From Candidatus Omnitrophota bacterium (lineage in GTDB: Bacteria; Omnitrophota; Gorgyraeia; JAFGHF01): a DNA stretch of 64,000 nt. This document shows, piece after piece, positions 1 through 11,914 of this stretch (within the stretch, counting starts at the first letter, position 1; each line of letters begins with the position of its first letter). Under the pieces are notes generated by a model, which saw only the letters and a program-made list of their open reading frames with translations, was not told the origin of the DNA and searched no databases. The stretch covers positions 583 through 64,582 of the forward strand of contig JAZDHS010000004.1 in NCBI GenBank assembly GCA_043805735.1, in the 5' to 3' direction. Position numbers and translations under genes: made by a program.

Positions 1-20
1 GATTAGCTACCCCTTTTTTA

Positions 21-49
21 TTGACTAAGCTTAGCTAAAGTGTTAAACT
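21..49 (+). promoter_or_regulatory. Sigma70-like promoter (TTGACT-17-TAAACT) upstream of tRNA-Pro
   Basis: -35 TTGACT at about 21-26, 17-nt spacer, -10 TAAACT at about 44-49, read directly from the sequence. Confidence 0.4.
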
Positions 50-106
50 ATTTTAATGCTTATCCGTCAGAAAACACACCAGTTAGGTAATAATTATATT
101 CTGGTT

Positions 107-184
107 CGGGGTGTGGCTCAGTTTGGCTAGAGCGCTTGGTTCGGGACCAAGAGGTCCCCGGTTCAAATCCGGGCACCCCGACCA
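107..184 (+). tRNA. tRNA-Pro (anticodon CGG), CCA encoded
   Basis: Cloverleaf drawn by hand. Acceptor stem CGGGGTG pairs with CACCCCG. D-arm AGTTTGGCTAGAGC. Anticodon stem CTTGG/CCAAG with loop TTCGGGA, so anticodon CGG. T-arm GGTTCAAATCC. Discriminator A followed by CCA. Confidence 0.85.
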
Positions 185-204
185 TCTTTTTATCCACAAT
201 AAAA

Positions 205-954
205 ATGGCCGAGAATACGTTGCAAAAGCAAAAGGCGATAGTTATCGGGGCCAGTTCAGGGATTGGACGGGCCCTGGCCAAGGTGTTTGGAGAACACGGC
301 TACGCCGTAGGCCTGGCCGCCCGGCGCCTGGAACTTTTGCACCAGCTGCAAAAAGAGATTCCCGCCCAAACCTTTATTAAGCGTATCGATATCAGTAAGC
401 CCGAAGAAGCAATGCCGGCCTTGCGTGAACTAATCGAAGAAATGCGCGGGGCAGATGTAATTGTGATTAACTCCGGGATTAATGCGCACAATGTCAGTCT
501 GGAATGGCCGGGAGAAAACGATACGATTAAAGTTAACGTTGCCGGATTTTGCGCCATGGCCAATATTGCCCTGAAGTATTTTGAAGGCAAAGGCGCTGGC
601 CAGCTCGTCGGGATTTCTTCGATCGCGGGTTTAAGAGGCAGCGCCACCAGCCCGGCATATAGCGCTTCTAAGGCCTTTGTCTCCAATTATCTGGAGGGGT
701 TGCGCCATCGGGTCAGCGCAAAGAATATCTATATCAGCGATATCCGCCCGGGCCTGGTGGATACCGAGATGATTAAAGGTTTCTCCCGGTTATTTTGGGT
801 TGCTTCTGCCGACCAGGCCGCGCGGCAAATACTTAGGGCAATACAGCAAAAGAAAAGTATTGCTTACATTACCCGGCGTTGGCTTTTAATTGCCTGGTTG
901 CTCAAAATAATGCCTGATTGGGTGTACCGATTACGCTACAAAAATGAATTTTAG
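205..954 (+). CDS. Short-chain dehydrogenase/reductase (SDR) family oxidoreductase
   Basis: The internal Met of ORF 136..954 (MAENTLQKQKAIVIGASSGIGRALA) gives an N-terminal GxxxGxG Rossmann motif and a YxxxK catalytic region (YSASKAF). The listed ORF start at 136 overlaps the tRNA and is rejected. Confidence 0.85.
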   Translation: MAENTLQKQKAIVIGASSGIGRALAKVFGEHGYAVGLAARRLELLHQLQKEIPAQTFIKRIDISKPEEAMPALRELIEEMRGADVIVINSGINAHNVSLEWPGENDTIKVNVAGFCAMANIALKYFEGKGAGQLVGISSIAGLRGSATSPAYSASKAFVSNYLEGLRHRVSAKNIYISDIRPGLVDTEMIKGFSRLFWVASADQAARQILRAIQQKKSIAYITRRWLLIAWLLKIMPDWVYRLRYKNEF

Positions 955-963
955 CCTACGGCA

Positions 964-1245
964 ATGGAAAAAGAAAAGAAACGGATCCATGTGCATTACG
1001 ACGGAAGAGTGCAAGGCGTAGGCTTTCGATTTACGGCCGAACATCTGGCGAGAGGATTGAACCTGACCGGATGGGTTAGAAATTTGCCGGATGGAAGGGT
1101 GGAGTTGGTCGGTGAAGGCCAAGAGGTCGATTTATCCCAGGCCTTAGCTAAAATTGACCAAACCTTTGGCCGGTATATCCGGCAAAAGGATGTACAGTGG
1201 CAGTCCTACCGGGGTGAATTTTCCCATTTTGAGATCAGATCATAA
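964..1245 (+). CDS. acyP: Acylphosphatase
   Basis: 93 aa with VxGxVQGVGFR and GWVRNxxDGxVE signature motifs. Confidence 0.85.
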   Translation: MEKEKKRIHVHYDGRVQGVGFRFTAEHLARGLNLTGWVRNLPDGRVELVGEGQEVDLSQALAKIDQTFGRYIRQKDVQWQSYRGEFSHFEIRS

Positions 1246-4494
<3,249 letters not shown>

Positions 4495-4498
<4 letters not shown>

Positions 4499-5100
4499 TT
4501 CTCGAAAAAATTGTTGTCGGGCCGATGCAAGTCAATTGCTATATTGTCGGATGCGCGCGCACGCAAGAGGCGCTGGTCATCGATCCGGGAGATGAGCCCG
4601 AAAAAATAAAGCGGGCGCTTAAAAAACACGCCTTAAAAGCGATTCAAGTGCTCAATACCCATGGGCACATTGACCATATTGGGCAGGACACGGCTTTTGG
4701 CGTTGGTATAGCCATTCATCGCCTCGATGCCGATTTTTTAAATAACCCGCAACTCAATTTATCTACTTTGGTTGGTATTAATTTTACTCCACTTAAGCCT
4801 GCGGTTCTATTCGAAGATGGACAGAAAGTGGCGGTCGGAGATATTACCTTGGAAGTGGTCCATACCCCTGGGCATACCCCGGGTAGTATCTGTCTTTATA
4901 TGGAGGGGATTTGTTTTACCGGCGATACGCTGTTTGCGCAAGGGGTCGGCCGGACCGATTTTTCTTATAGCAGCGAAAAAGCGCTTTTGCTTTCAATTCG
5001 CAAGAGGCTGATGACTTTGCCGGATGAAACGGTTATTTATCCCGGGCACGGTTCTGCTTCAACCATTGGCATAGAAAAGAAAAGTAATCCTTTTCTCTAA
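4495..5100 (+). CDS. MBL-fold metallo-hydrolase (glyoxalase II-like)
   Basis: HxHxDH motif (THGHIDHIG), TPGHTPGS, and a downstream D/H metal ligand. Confidence 0.85.
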
Positions 5101-5103
5101 GAG

Positions 5104-5997
5104 ATGACGATGGAAAAATCCGTTGAAGAATTTTTGCAATACTTAAGCGTAGAAAGAGGCTTGGCCGAGAATACCATTTCGGCTTATCGCCGTGATTTAC
5201 GCTCGTACATCACTTACCTTGATCAGCATAAAATAGCCTCATTTGCGGCGGTAAACCGCAACCACATTACTAATTTTATGCTGGCCTTGAAAGATAAAGG
5301 CCTCAACAGCAATTCCATTGCCCGGGGCTTGGTGGCAATCAAGGTGCTGCACCGCTTTTTAGTTAATGAGCGCTATATTCAGGATGATGTAACCAGTGTA
5401 ATTGCGCTGCCTAAGCTGTGGAAAAAGCTTCCCGAGGTGCTTAGCGTTGATGAGGTGGAAAAACTCTTACGCGGTCCGCGGCTTAAAAACAACGAAGAGA
5501 TACGGGATAAGGCATTATTGGAATTGATGTACGCTACGGGAATGCGCGTATCGGAAGCAGCTAACCTGCAATTACAAAATGTTAATTTGGAAATGGGGTT
5601 TGTTAAATGCTTGGGAAAAGGCCAAAAAGAACGCATTATTCCGCTTGGCGCTTACGCCCAAGAAGCCGTTGCGCGCTATATTAACAAGGTTCGCCCGCAG
5701 CTGTTAAAAGGTAAAAACGACCCCAATCTTTTTATCAGTCGCCTGGGCCGAAAAATTTCCCGACAAACCTTTTGGAAAACTATTAAGTCGTATGCTAGCA
5801 AAGCCCACATTAAAAGAAAAATTACCCCGCATACGCTGCGCCATTCTTTCGCCACGCACCTTTTAGAGCGAGGAGCGGATTTGCGGACCGTGCAGGAAAT
5901 GCTTGGCCATAGCGATATTTCTACTACCCAGATTTATACCCACGTAAACAAAGAGCGGCTCAAACAGATTCATCGCAGCTTTCATCCTCGGCCTTGA
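5104..5997 (+). CDS. xerD: Tyrosine site-specific recombinase XerD/XerC
   Basis: 297 aa with the SAM-like N-domain and a catalytic domain carrying R...HxxR...Y (TPHTLRHSFATHLL, TTQIYTHV). Confidence 0.9.
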   Translation: MTMEKSVEEFLQYLSVERGLAENTISAYRRDLRSYITYLDQHKIASFAAVNRNHITNFMLALKDKGLNSNSIARGLVAIKVLHRFLVNERYIQDDVTSVIALPKLWKKLPEVLSVDEVEKLLRGPRLKNNEEIRDKALLELMYATGMRVSEAANLQLQNVNLEMGFVKCLGKGQKERIIPLGAYAQEAVARYINKVRPQLLKGKNDPNLFISRLGRKISRQTFWKTIKSYASKAHIKRKITPHTLRHSFATHLLERGADLRTVQEMLGHSDISTTQIYTHVNKERLKQIHRSFHPRP

Positions 5998-7307
5998 AGA
6001 TGATACGTACTACGCCAACCCACTTAGCTTCACTTTTACGCCGGTGCTTGCCCAAGGGCGTGTATAACGCCGTGTGCCTTATCGCTTCAGTCGCTCAAGG
6101 TAAAGGCGCCAGCGCTTATCTTGTGGGCGGTTTTGTCCGTGATTTAATTATGGGCAAAAAAAATCTCGATGTGGACATTATGATCGAAGGAAATGCCCTG
6201 GAATTGATTAGCGAGCTAAAGCGCCGGCTGCAGGCCTCCAGCCGCATCTACCAGCGTTTTGGGACAGCAACTATTACTCTGCCCGAAGGTTTTAAAATTG
6301 ATCTTGCCAGTGCCCGCAAAGAATATTATGCTCACCCCGCGGCTTTGCCGCAAATATTTTTAAGCACGATTGAAGATGACCTGGGGCGTCGTGACTTTAC
6401 GATCAATACCATGGCAATCAAGTTGCAAAAAGAACATTTTGGAACATTACTCGATGCCTTTGGCGGTTTAGCCGACTTAGTAAACGGAAAAATAAGGGTG
6501 CTGCATCAAAACAGTTTTATTGACGATCCCACGCGGATCTTGCGGGCGATTCGTTTTGCCGTGCGTTTTAATTTCTCCTTAGATAAAAATACCGAACGCC
6601 TGCTTAAAGAAGCAATTAAGAAAAAGATGTTGCAGCGACTGAGCGCATTTAGGCTCGGCGGTGAATTAATATGGCTGCTCAAGGAAGATCAACCTCTAAA
6701 ATATCTTCTGGAGCTTTCCCGATTCAGGGGCTTAAGCTGCATTCACCGGCAACTGCGTTTAATACCGGCATCGCACCACTTTTTTACCACAGCGGGTGAG
6801 GTCTTGAGTTGGTTTAAAAAAGTTCGGCCGCAACTTTATTTTGAACAATGGCTGGTCTATTTTATGCTCCTTACCCAGGCGCTTTCTTTAGCGCAGTTAA
6901 AAACTCTATGCCAGAGTTTTTCATTCACTAAAGGGCAGACAGAAAAGATTATCTCGTTTAAAGCCAATGCCAGCAATATATTTTCAATTTTAGCCAAAAA
7001 AAGCCAGCTTTCCCGTAGCACTATATATAGCATCCTGCGCCATTTTTCTTACGAGGAACTGATTACTTTTCTGGCTCTTTGCAAGGATAAGGTTAGAGCC
7101 AGGAGAATTCGTCTATATATTACGACCTTATCCATGGTACAGCTTTGCGTGTCGGGGAAATATTTACAGAAACTAAGCCTGGTTCCCGGTCCGGAATACG
7201 CCCGGATTCTAGAAAAGACGCTTCTGGCGAAGATCGACTGCAAAATTCGTACCAAAGCCCAGGAGCTGGTTTTTGTAAAGCAGTGTATTCAACAGCCCAA
7301 GCAGTGA
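5994..7307 (+). CDS. cca: tRNA nucleotidyltransferase (CCA-adding) / poly(A) polymerase family protein
   Basis: Pol-beta-like head motif GGxVRDxxxG...DxD (GGFVRDLIMGKKNLDVDIMIEG) and RRDFTINTMA. Possible starts are TTG 5994 or ATG 6000. Confidence 0.85.
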   Translation: MKMIRTTPTHLASLLRRCLPKGVYNAVCLIASVAQGKGASAYLVGGFVRDLIMGKKNLDVDIMIEGNALELISELKRRLQASSRIYQRFGTATITLPEGFKIDLASARKEYYAHPAALPQIFLSTIEDDLGRRDFTINTMAIKLQKEHFGTLLDAFGGLADLVNGKIRVLHQNSFIDDPTRILRAIRFAVRFNFSLDKNTERLLKEAIKKKMLQRLSAFRLGGELIWLLKEDQPLKYLLELSRFRGLSCIHRQLRLIPASHHFFTTAGEVLSWFKKVRPQLYFEQWLVYFMLLTQALSLAQLKTLCQSFSFTKGQTEKIISFKANASNIFSILAKKSQLSRSTIYSILRHFSYEELITFLALCKDKVRARRIRLYITTLSMVQLCVSGKYLQKLSLVPGPEYARILEKTLLAKIDCKIRTKAQELVFVKQCIQQPKQ

Positions 7308-7588
7308 TTGCGTTGGGAGTAGTGCAGCTTGATCTTCTTGTGCCGGGTGCGCATTCTTTAAAAGCCAAGCGGCAAATTCTCAAAGGCCTAAAGGATAAGA
7401 TACGCCGCAATTATAATGTCAGCGTGGCCGAAATCGATTATCTGGATAAATGGCAGCGCACAACAATCGCTGTAGCCTGCGTTAACAGCGATCGACAATT
7501 TGTTAATTCGGTTCTTTCACAGGTAGTCAATTTTACAGAGCGTGAGCATTGTGTAGAGTTAGTTAGGTATGAGTTAGAATTGTTTTAA
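7304..7588 (+). CDS. DUF503 (YlxP-like) protein
   Basis: Only the C-terminal ~95 aa of ORF 7145..7588 resemble DUF503 proteins, which sit upstream of rbfA. A GTG at 7304 overlaps the cca stop. The upstream part of the listed ORF lies inside cca in another frame. Confidence 0.55.
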   Translation: MIALGVVQLDLLVPGAHSLKAKRQILKGLKDKIRRNYNVSVAEIDYLDKWQRTTIAVACVNSDRQFVNSVLSQVVNFTEREHCVELVRYELELF

Positions 7589-7653
7589 GTTTAGCCCTAA
7601 AGGGCAGACCCCCGCATTCCTTCAAAAGGGGGTCTAGAAAAGGAGTAATACTA

Positions 7654-8025
7654 ATGACCCGCCCGCATGTCGAACGCTTGACCAAAGAAATAAAACGAGA
7701 AATTGGAAGAATTATTCATGATGAAGTCTCTGATCCGCGCGTCGGATTTATCACGGTGACAAAAGTGGAATTAAGTAAAGATTTGCGCGTGGTGAAAGTG
7801 CATTTCAGCCTCTTGGGAAATGAAAAACAATTGCGCGATACACAAGTTGGTCTAAAACGTTCTACCGGCTTTATTCGCACCCTGCTTGGGCAGAGGGTTA
7901 CAATGCGATATACTCCGGAAATAATCTTTAAGGTTGACGTTGGCGTGCAATATAGCATTCGCGTTGCTGAAGTGCTAAAACAGATAGAGGACGAAAAAGA
8001 AAATGAGCATCGAACAAGTAAGTAA
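7654..8025 (+). CDS. rbfA: Ribosome-binding factor A
   Basis: 123 aa with the typical RbfA core (RVGxxIxxELSxIL, DPRxxxVTVTxVxLSxDLxxAxVY). Confidence 0.9.
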   Translation: MTRPHVERLTKEIKREIGRIIHDEVSDPRVGFITVTKVELSKDLRVVKVHFSLLGNEKQLRDTQVGLKRSTGFIRTLLGQRVTMRYTPEIIFKVDVGVQYSIRVAEVLKQIEDEKENEHRTSK

Positions 8026-8956
8026 GGCCCTCAAAAAATATTCCCATTTTTTAATTACTTCGCACTTCAATGCCGAGGGCGATGCCTTGGGAAGTACTTT
8101 GGCCCTGGCGTCTCTTTTAAGAAAAATGGGTAAGAGAGTAGAGATGGTCAATAGCGACAGCATTTCTTTCAACTATGCATTCTTACCGGGTGTCCATTCC
8201 ATTGCCAAGAGGCCGCGCTCTTCATCATTTGAGGCCGTTTGTGTCGTTGACTGCCCGATACTTAAACGCATTGGCGCTATTGCCGAATTTATTAAAGATA
8301 AGCCTTTGATTGTGATCGACCACCATATCGATAACAAAAAGTTCGGGCAAGTGAATTGGGTCGATCCCCGGGCCTCTAGTGTGGGTGAGATGGTTTACTC
8401 CCTATTTAAGCGCCTCAAGGTTTCACTCGACAAAAAAGATGCTTTAAATATTTACATCGCCATGCTTACCGATACCGGTTCATTTCGCCACGCCAATACT
8501 ACTAGTAATGTTTTACATACTGCCGCGGAACTGTTAAAATTTGGTCTTGAACCCTCAGTGGTATACTCCAGGATATATGAACAGAATTCGTTAGAAGAAA
8601 TGCGTAATGTCGCGCGTGTGATCTTAGGATTTTCTTTTGAGCAAGAAGATAAAATTGCCTGGGTGGAACTTTCTAAAGCAATGTGCCGGGCGGTGGAGTG
8701 GAGGAATGAATTACTGGAGAAGGTGTTTGATTTTGCCCGCTCCATATCTCCGGTAAAGGTAGCGATAGTATTCTCTCATCTTGGCGCCGATACTCTTAAA
8801 GTAAGCTTTCGTTCCAAGCCTAGCGTGAATGTGCAGAAAATAGCCGGGTGCTTTGGCGGAGGAGGGCATAAGTGTGCCAGCGGTTGCCGTATCCAGGGCG
8901 ATTTACGCGAAATGCAACAAAAGGTTCTGGCTGAGGTAAAGAAAGCAGTGCGTTAG
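8003..8956 (+). CDS. nrnA: DHH/DHHA1 phosphoesterase (NrnA-like oligoribonuclease / pAp phosphatase)
   Basis: DHH motif (IDHHIDN), a DHHA1 C-domain with a GGGH motif, and D-rich metal-site residues. Confidence 0.85.
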   Translation: MSIEQVSKALKKYSHFLITSHFNAEGDALGSTLALASLLRKMGKRVEMVNSDSISFNYAFLPGVHSIAKRPRSSSFEAVCVVDCPILKRIGAIAEFIKDKPLIVIDHHIDNKKFGQVNWVDPRASSVGEMVYSLFKRLKVSLDKKDALNIYIAMLTDTGSFRHANTTSNVLHTAAELLKFGLEPSVVYSRIYEQNSLEEMRNVARVILGFSFEQEDKIAWVELSKAMCRAVEWRNELLEKVFDFARSISPVKVAIVFSHLGADTLKVSFRSKPSVNVQKIAGCFGGGGHKCASGCRIQGDLREMQQKVLAEVKKAVR

Positions 8957-8964
8957 AAAATACT

Positions 8965-9903
8965 ATGCGGATTATTAAGAATATCCAAAATTTGCGGGGA
9001 AAACTTAAGTGTGCGGTGGTGACATTAGGCGTATTCGACGGTGTACACCTGGCACATCAATATATCATTCGCCGTGTAGTCAACCAGGCCAAAAATAGTC
9101 AGGGCACCAGCGTTGTGCTCACCTTTGATCCTCACCCCGTAAAAGTACTGGGCAAAAATACCCGCGTGCCCCTGATTACCTCGTTAAACCACCGTGTGCA
9201 ACTAATCCGCGACCTCGGGGTGGATGCCTGCGTGATTGTGCCTTTTGTAAAAAAGTTTTCATATCTGTCGGCCGAGCAGTTCGTGGCACAAATTCTTGTC
9301 CGAAAAATTGGGGTTAAACGTTTGGTCTTGGGCCAGGATTTTCGCTTCGGCCGCAACAAAAAAGGTTCATTAGCGCTTTTAGAAAAATTATCCCAAAGGT
9401 ATAGTTTTACCGTCGAAAAAATAAAGCCGCTGACACTGGAAGGTGAGGTAATCCGTAGTTCGCGGATAAGAACATTGCTGGAAAAAGGTCAGATCCGCCA
9501 AGCGAACATGTTGCTCGGCCGGCCGTTTTCTATTTTAGGCAAAGTTACTCAAGGGAAAAGCCGCGGGCGATTACTGGGGTATCGCACCGCCAATATCATC
9601 CCGGAACAGGAAGTAATTCCTCGTCGAGGAGTGTATGCCGTGCGGGTGAAAATTAACGGCGAGGTGCTTCCCGGTATGGTTAATATCGGCTTGCGGCCGA
9701 CCTTTGACCAGAAAAACGACGTAGTGATTGAGGCGCACATTTTTGGTTTTTCTAAGAATATCTATCGTAAAAAATTAGAAGTGTTCTTTGTCGAACGTAT
9801 CCGCTCGGAAAAACATTTTCACTCATCCCGCGCCCTGCAGGCCCAAATCAGGCGCGATGAGCATCAGGCCAAGGTTATCCTGCACTTAAGTCTCCTCCAC
9901 TAA
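8965..9903 (+). CDS. ribF: Bifunctional riboflavin kinase / FMN adenylyltransferase
   Basis: N-terminal FAD-synthetase nucleotidyltransferase (GVFDGVHLAHQ) and a C-terminal riboflavin kinase domain. Confidence 0.9.
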   Translation: MRIIKNIQNLRGKLKCAVVTLGVFDGVHLAHQYIIRRVVNQAKNSQGTSVVLTFDPHPVKVLGKNTRVPLITSLNHRVQLIRDLGVDACVIVPFVKKFSYLSAEQFVAQILVRKIGVKRLVLGQDFRFGRNKKGSLALLEKLSQRYSFTVEKIKPLTLEGEVIRSSRIRTLLEKGQIRQANMLLGRPFSILGKVTQGKSRGRLLGYRTANIIPEQEVIPRRGVYAVRVKINGEVLPGMVNIGLRPTFDQKNDVVIEAHIFGFSKNIYRKKLEVFFVERIRSEKHFHSSRALQAQIRRDEHQAKVILHLSLLH

Positions 9904-9992
9904 TCTAGCTGCTTAAAACCACAAAATATAGTTTCCCGCTACATAACCACCACAATTTATTGTGCTTGGCGCAAAAATCCTGTAATTTCCCC

Positions 9993-10021
9993 TTGACAAA
10001 CTATCTCTAGTGGGGTATACT
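9993..10021 (+). promoter_or_regulatory. Consensus sigma70-type promoter of the dcw cluster (TTGACA-17-TATACT)
   Basis: Perfect -35 TTGACA at about 9993-9998, 17-nt spacer, -10 TATACT at about 10016-10021. Confidence 0.6.
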
Positions 10022-10058
10022 TGTCCTAAAGTGGAGCAAAGTGGAGGAAAGTGGGATG
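10010..10058 (+). promoter_or_regulatory. Putative MraZ operator: direct GTGGR repeats with 10-bp phasing
   Basis: GTGGGG at about 10010. Then AAAGTGGAG, AAAGTGGAG and AAAGTGGGA at about 10028, 10038 and 10048, exactly 10 nt apart, the last overlapping the mraZ ATG. E. coli MraZ binds phased GTGGG direct repeats in its own promoter. Confidence 0.55.
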
Positions 10059-10490
10059 TTCTACGGTGAGTACGAACATTCGTTAGATCGTAAAGGGCGC
10101 TTAATTTTACCTTCGCGCTTTCGTCAAACCTTAAGGGAAAATTATATTGAGCGCCTTTATGTAACCCGCGGATTGGATAAATGCCTCTTCGTTTTTACCG
10201 AAGAAGAGTGGAAAATACAGGAACAAAAATTTAAGGCTCTTTCTTTTACCAAGGCCGAGGCCCGTAAGTTTAACCGTCTTTATTTTTCCGGCGCCTCGGA
10301 GTTAATTCCCGATCGGCAGGGGCGGATACTCCTTCCGCGCTACTTAAAAGAATATGCCGGAATCGAGAAGCAGACCGTAATCGTTGGACTGGCCAATCGA
10401 ATCGAAATTTGGAGTCAGAAACTCTGGAAGGATTTTTACGAAAAGACGCAGGGATCTTTTGAGGATATTGCCGAGAAGTTGATTGAGTAA
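10056..10490 (+). CDS. mraZ: Transcriptional regulator MraZ
   Basis: Two SpoVT/AbrB-like halves (MFYGEYEHSLDRKGRLILPSRFR, then DRQGRILLP). The listed ORF start at 10041 is a GTG inside the operator repeats. ATG 10056 is preferred. Confidence 0.9.
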   Translation: MFYGEYEHSLDRKGRLILPSRFRQTLRENYIERLYVTRGLDKCLFVFTEEEWKIQEQKFKALSFTKAEARKFNRLYFSGASELIPDRQGRILLPRYLKEYAGIEKQTVIVGLANRIEIWSQKLWKDFYEKTQGSFEDIAEKLIE

Positions 10491-10519
10491 ATCATCCTCA
10501 AGAAAAGAAGGGGGGGAAG

Positions 10520-10705
10520 ATGTACCTCAATGTGCTTTCTCGCCGCACGCAGAAAAAGTTCTTTGTCTGTTTGGAAAAAAGCATTGTTGTAGAGCGGTTA
10601 AAACGACAAAGAATCCTCTCGCACGAGTTGCTTGACTGGTTTAGTCCCAAGCACAATCCATCAATTTTTCTCGACCAAAAATTAAGAGATCGACTTTTTA
10701 GGTAA
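10520..10705 (+). CDS. Hypothetical small basic protein (61 aa) between mraZ and rsmH
   Basis: A strong SD (AAGGGGGGGAAG) sits just upstream and the stop overlaps the rsmH ATG (TAATG). There is no recognisable domain and it may be spurious. Confidence 0.3.
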   Translation: MYLNVLSRRTQKKFFVCLEKSIVVERLKRQRILSHELLDWFSPKHNPSIFLDQKLRDRLFR

Positions 10706-11595
10706 TGCCTGAAAATTTACAACACATTCCAGTTATGCGCGAAGAGGTGCTTAAATTTTTAAATCTGTCTCCGGGCTGCACTGTCGTTGACGGAACGGTA
10801 GGCTTAGGGGGGCATGCCCAGGTCATTCTTGACGCGATTGGCCCCCAGGGCCGGTTCGTGGGACTGGATTTTGACCACGATGCCTTAGCTATGGCCCAAG
10901 ATCGGCTTAAAAATTATACTAACTGCACCTTAGTCCACGCCAATTTCAGAAATCTTGATACGGCACTTGCGCAATTACATCTACACGGCGTTGACGGCAT
11001 ACTCTTAGATTTGGGGATTTCCTCGCTGCAACTAGAAAAGCCCTCACGGGGCTTCAGCATAAAATATGACTCACCCCTGGACATGCGGATGAATCAAAAC
11101 GAGCAACTTTCTGCCTTTGATTTAGTTAATTTTTTGCCTCAAGAGAACCTTTCCGATATTTTACGCAAATACGGCCAGGAGCGCTGGCATAACCGTATTG
11201 CCCGCGCCATTGTCCGGGAAAGGTCCAAATCGACTATTACCAGTACCGGCCAACTGGCGCAATTAGTCATGCGCGTAGTTCCATACCGGTATTCAAAAAT
11301 CCACCCGGCAACAAGAACCTTCCAGGCGTTGCGTATTGCGGTCAATGATGAATTGGAGGCATTACGGGAAGCACTCAAGAAATGCCTTGAGCTGATCAAG
11401 CCCGGCGGTAGAATCTGTATTATTGCTTTTCATTCTCTCGAGGACGGATTGGTCAAACACCAGTTTCGCTCGTTTGCCAGTGAAGGCAGGATAAAAATTA
11501 TTACCAAAAAACCCATCACCCCAACAGAAGAAGAGGTTAGGTTAAATCCTCGCGCGCGCAGCGCAAAGTTGAGGGCGGCAGAAAGGATTGCTTAA
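10705..11595 (+). CDS. rsmH: 16S rRNA (cytosine1402-N4)-methyltransferase
   Basis: MraW family with SAM-binding motifs (DGTVGLGGHA, DLGISS). Confidence 0.95.
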   Translation: MPENLQHIPVMREEVLKFLNLSPGCTVVDGTVGLGGHAQVILDAIGPQGRFVGLDFDHDALAMAQDRLKNYTNCTLVHANFRNLDTALAQLHLHGVDGILLDLGISSLQLEKPSRGFSIKYDSPLDMRMNQNEQLSAFDLVNFLPQENLSDILRKYGQERWHNRIARAIVRERSKSTITSTGQLAQLVMRVVPYRYSKIHPATRTFQALRIAVNDELEALREALKKCLELIKPGGRICIIAFHSLEDGLVKHQFRSFASEGRIKIITKKPITPTEEEVRLNPRARSAKLRAAERIA

Positions 11596-11598
11596 GAA

Positions 11599-11874
11599 AT
11601 GAGTTTGCCGAAATTCTTGGTAGTTGCTTCGTTGATGACATTAGTGGCCTTAGCTTATGTCCATCAGCAAGTCGAACTTTTACGTATTAATTATGCGATT
11701 AACTGCAATCAGGATAACTTATCCCTTCTGCTTGACCAGAATAGCGCCTTACGGTATAATGTAGACAGTTTGCAATCTTCGTTTTACCTGGAGCGCGCAT
11801 TTGTAGAGAAAGAGGCCAATCTGGAAGTTCCTTCCCGGTGGTATACCATCGGTTTGGCTGAGGCCTCACGATAA
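11599..11874 (+). CDS. ftsL: Cell division protein FtsL-like
   Basis: 91 aa bitopic protein with one TM segment followed by a coiled-coil, in the canonical position between rsmH and ftsI. Confidence 0.7.
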   Translation: MSLPKFLVVASLMTLVALAYVHQQVELLRINYAINCNQDNLSLLLDQNSALRYNVDSLQSSFYLERAFVEKEANLEVPSRWYTIGLAEASR

Positions 11875-11914
11875 TATTCTTAGTAACTAGAACCTTTAAA
11901 ATAGATCCTTACTT

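Noticed and set aside
136-204. Listed ORF start of the SDR gene at 136
   Set aside because: It would translate through the tRNA (MVRDQEVPGSNPGTP...). The internal Met at 205 begins the Rossmann motif.
60-380. ORFs 60..281 (-) and 111..380 (+) overlapping the tRNA-Pro and the SDR gene
   Set aside because: They cover a clear tRNA cloverleaf and lie in other frames of a strongly supported SDR CDS. No RBS and no recognisable protein features.
5104-5997. Tyrosine recombinase as part of an integrated mobile element next to tRNA-Pro
   Set aside because: The domain order is XerC/D-like rather than phage-integrase-like. It sits among housekeeping genes 5 kb from the tRNA, with no direct repeats, att-like duplication of the tRNA 3' end, or cargo genes.
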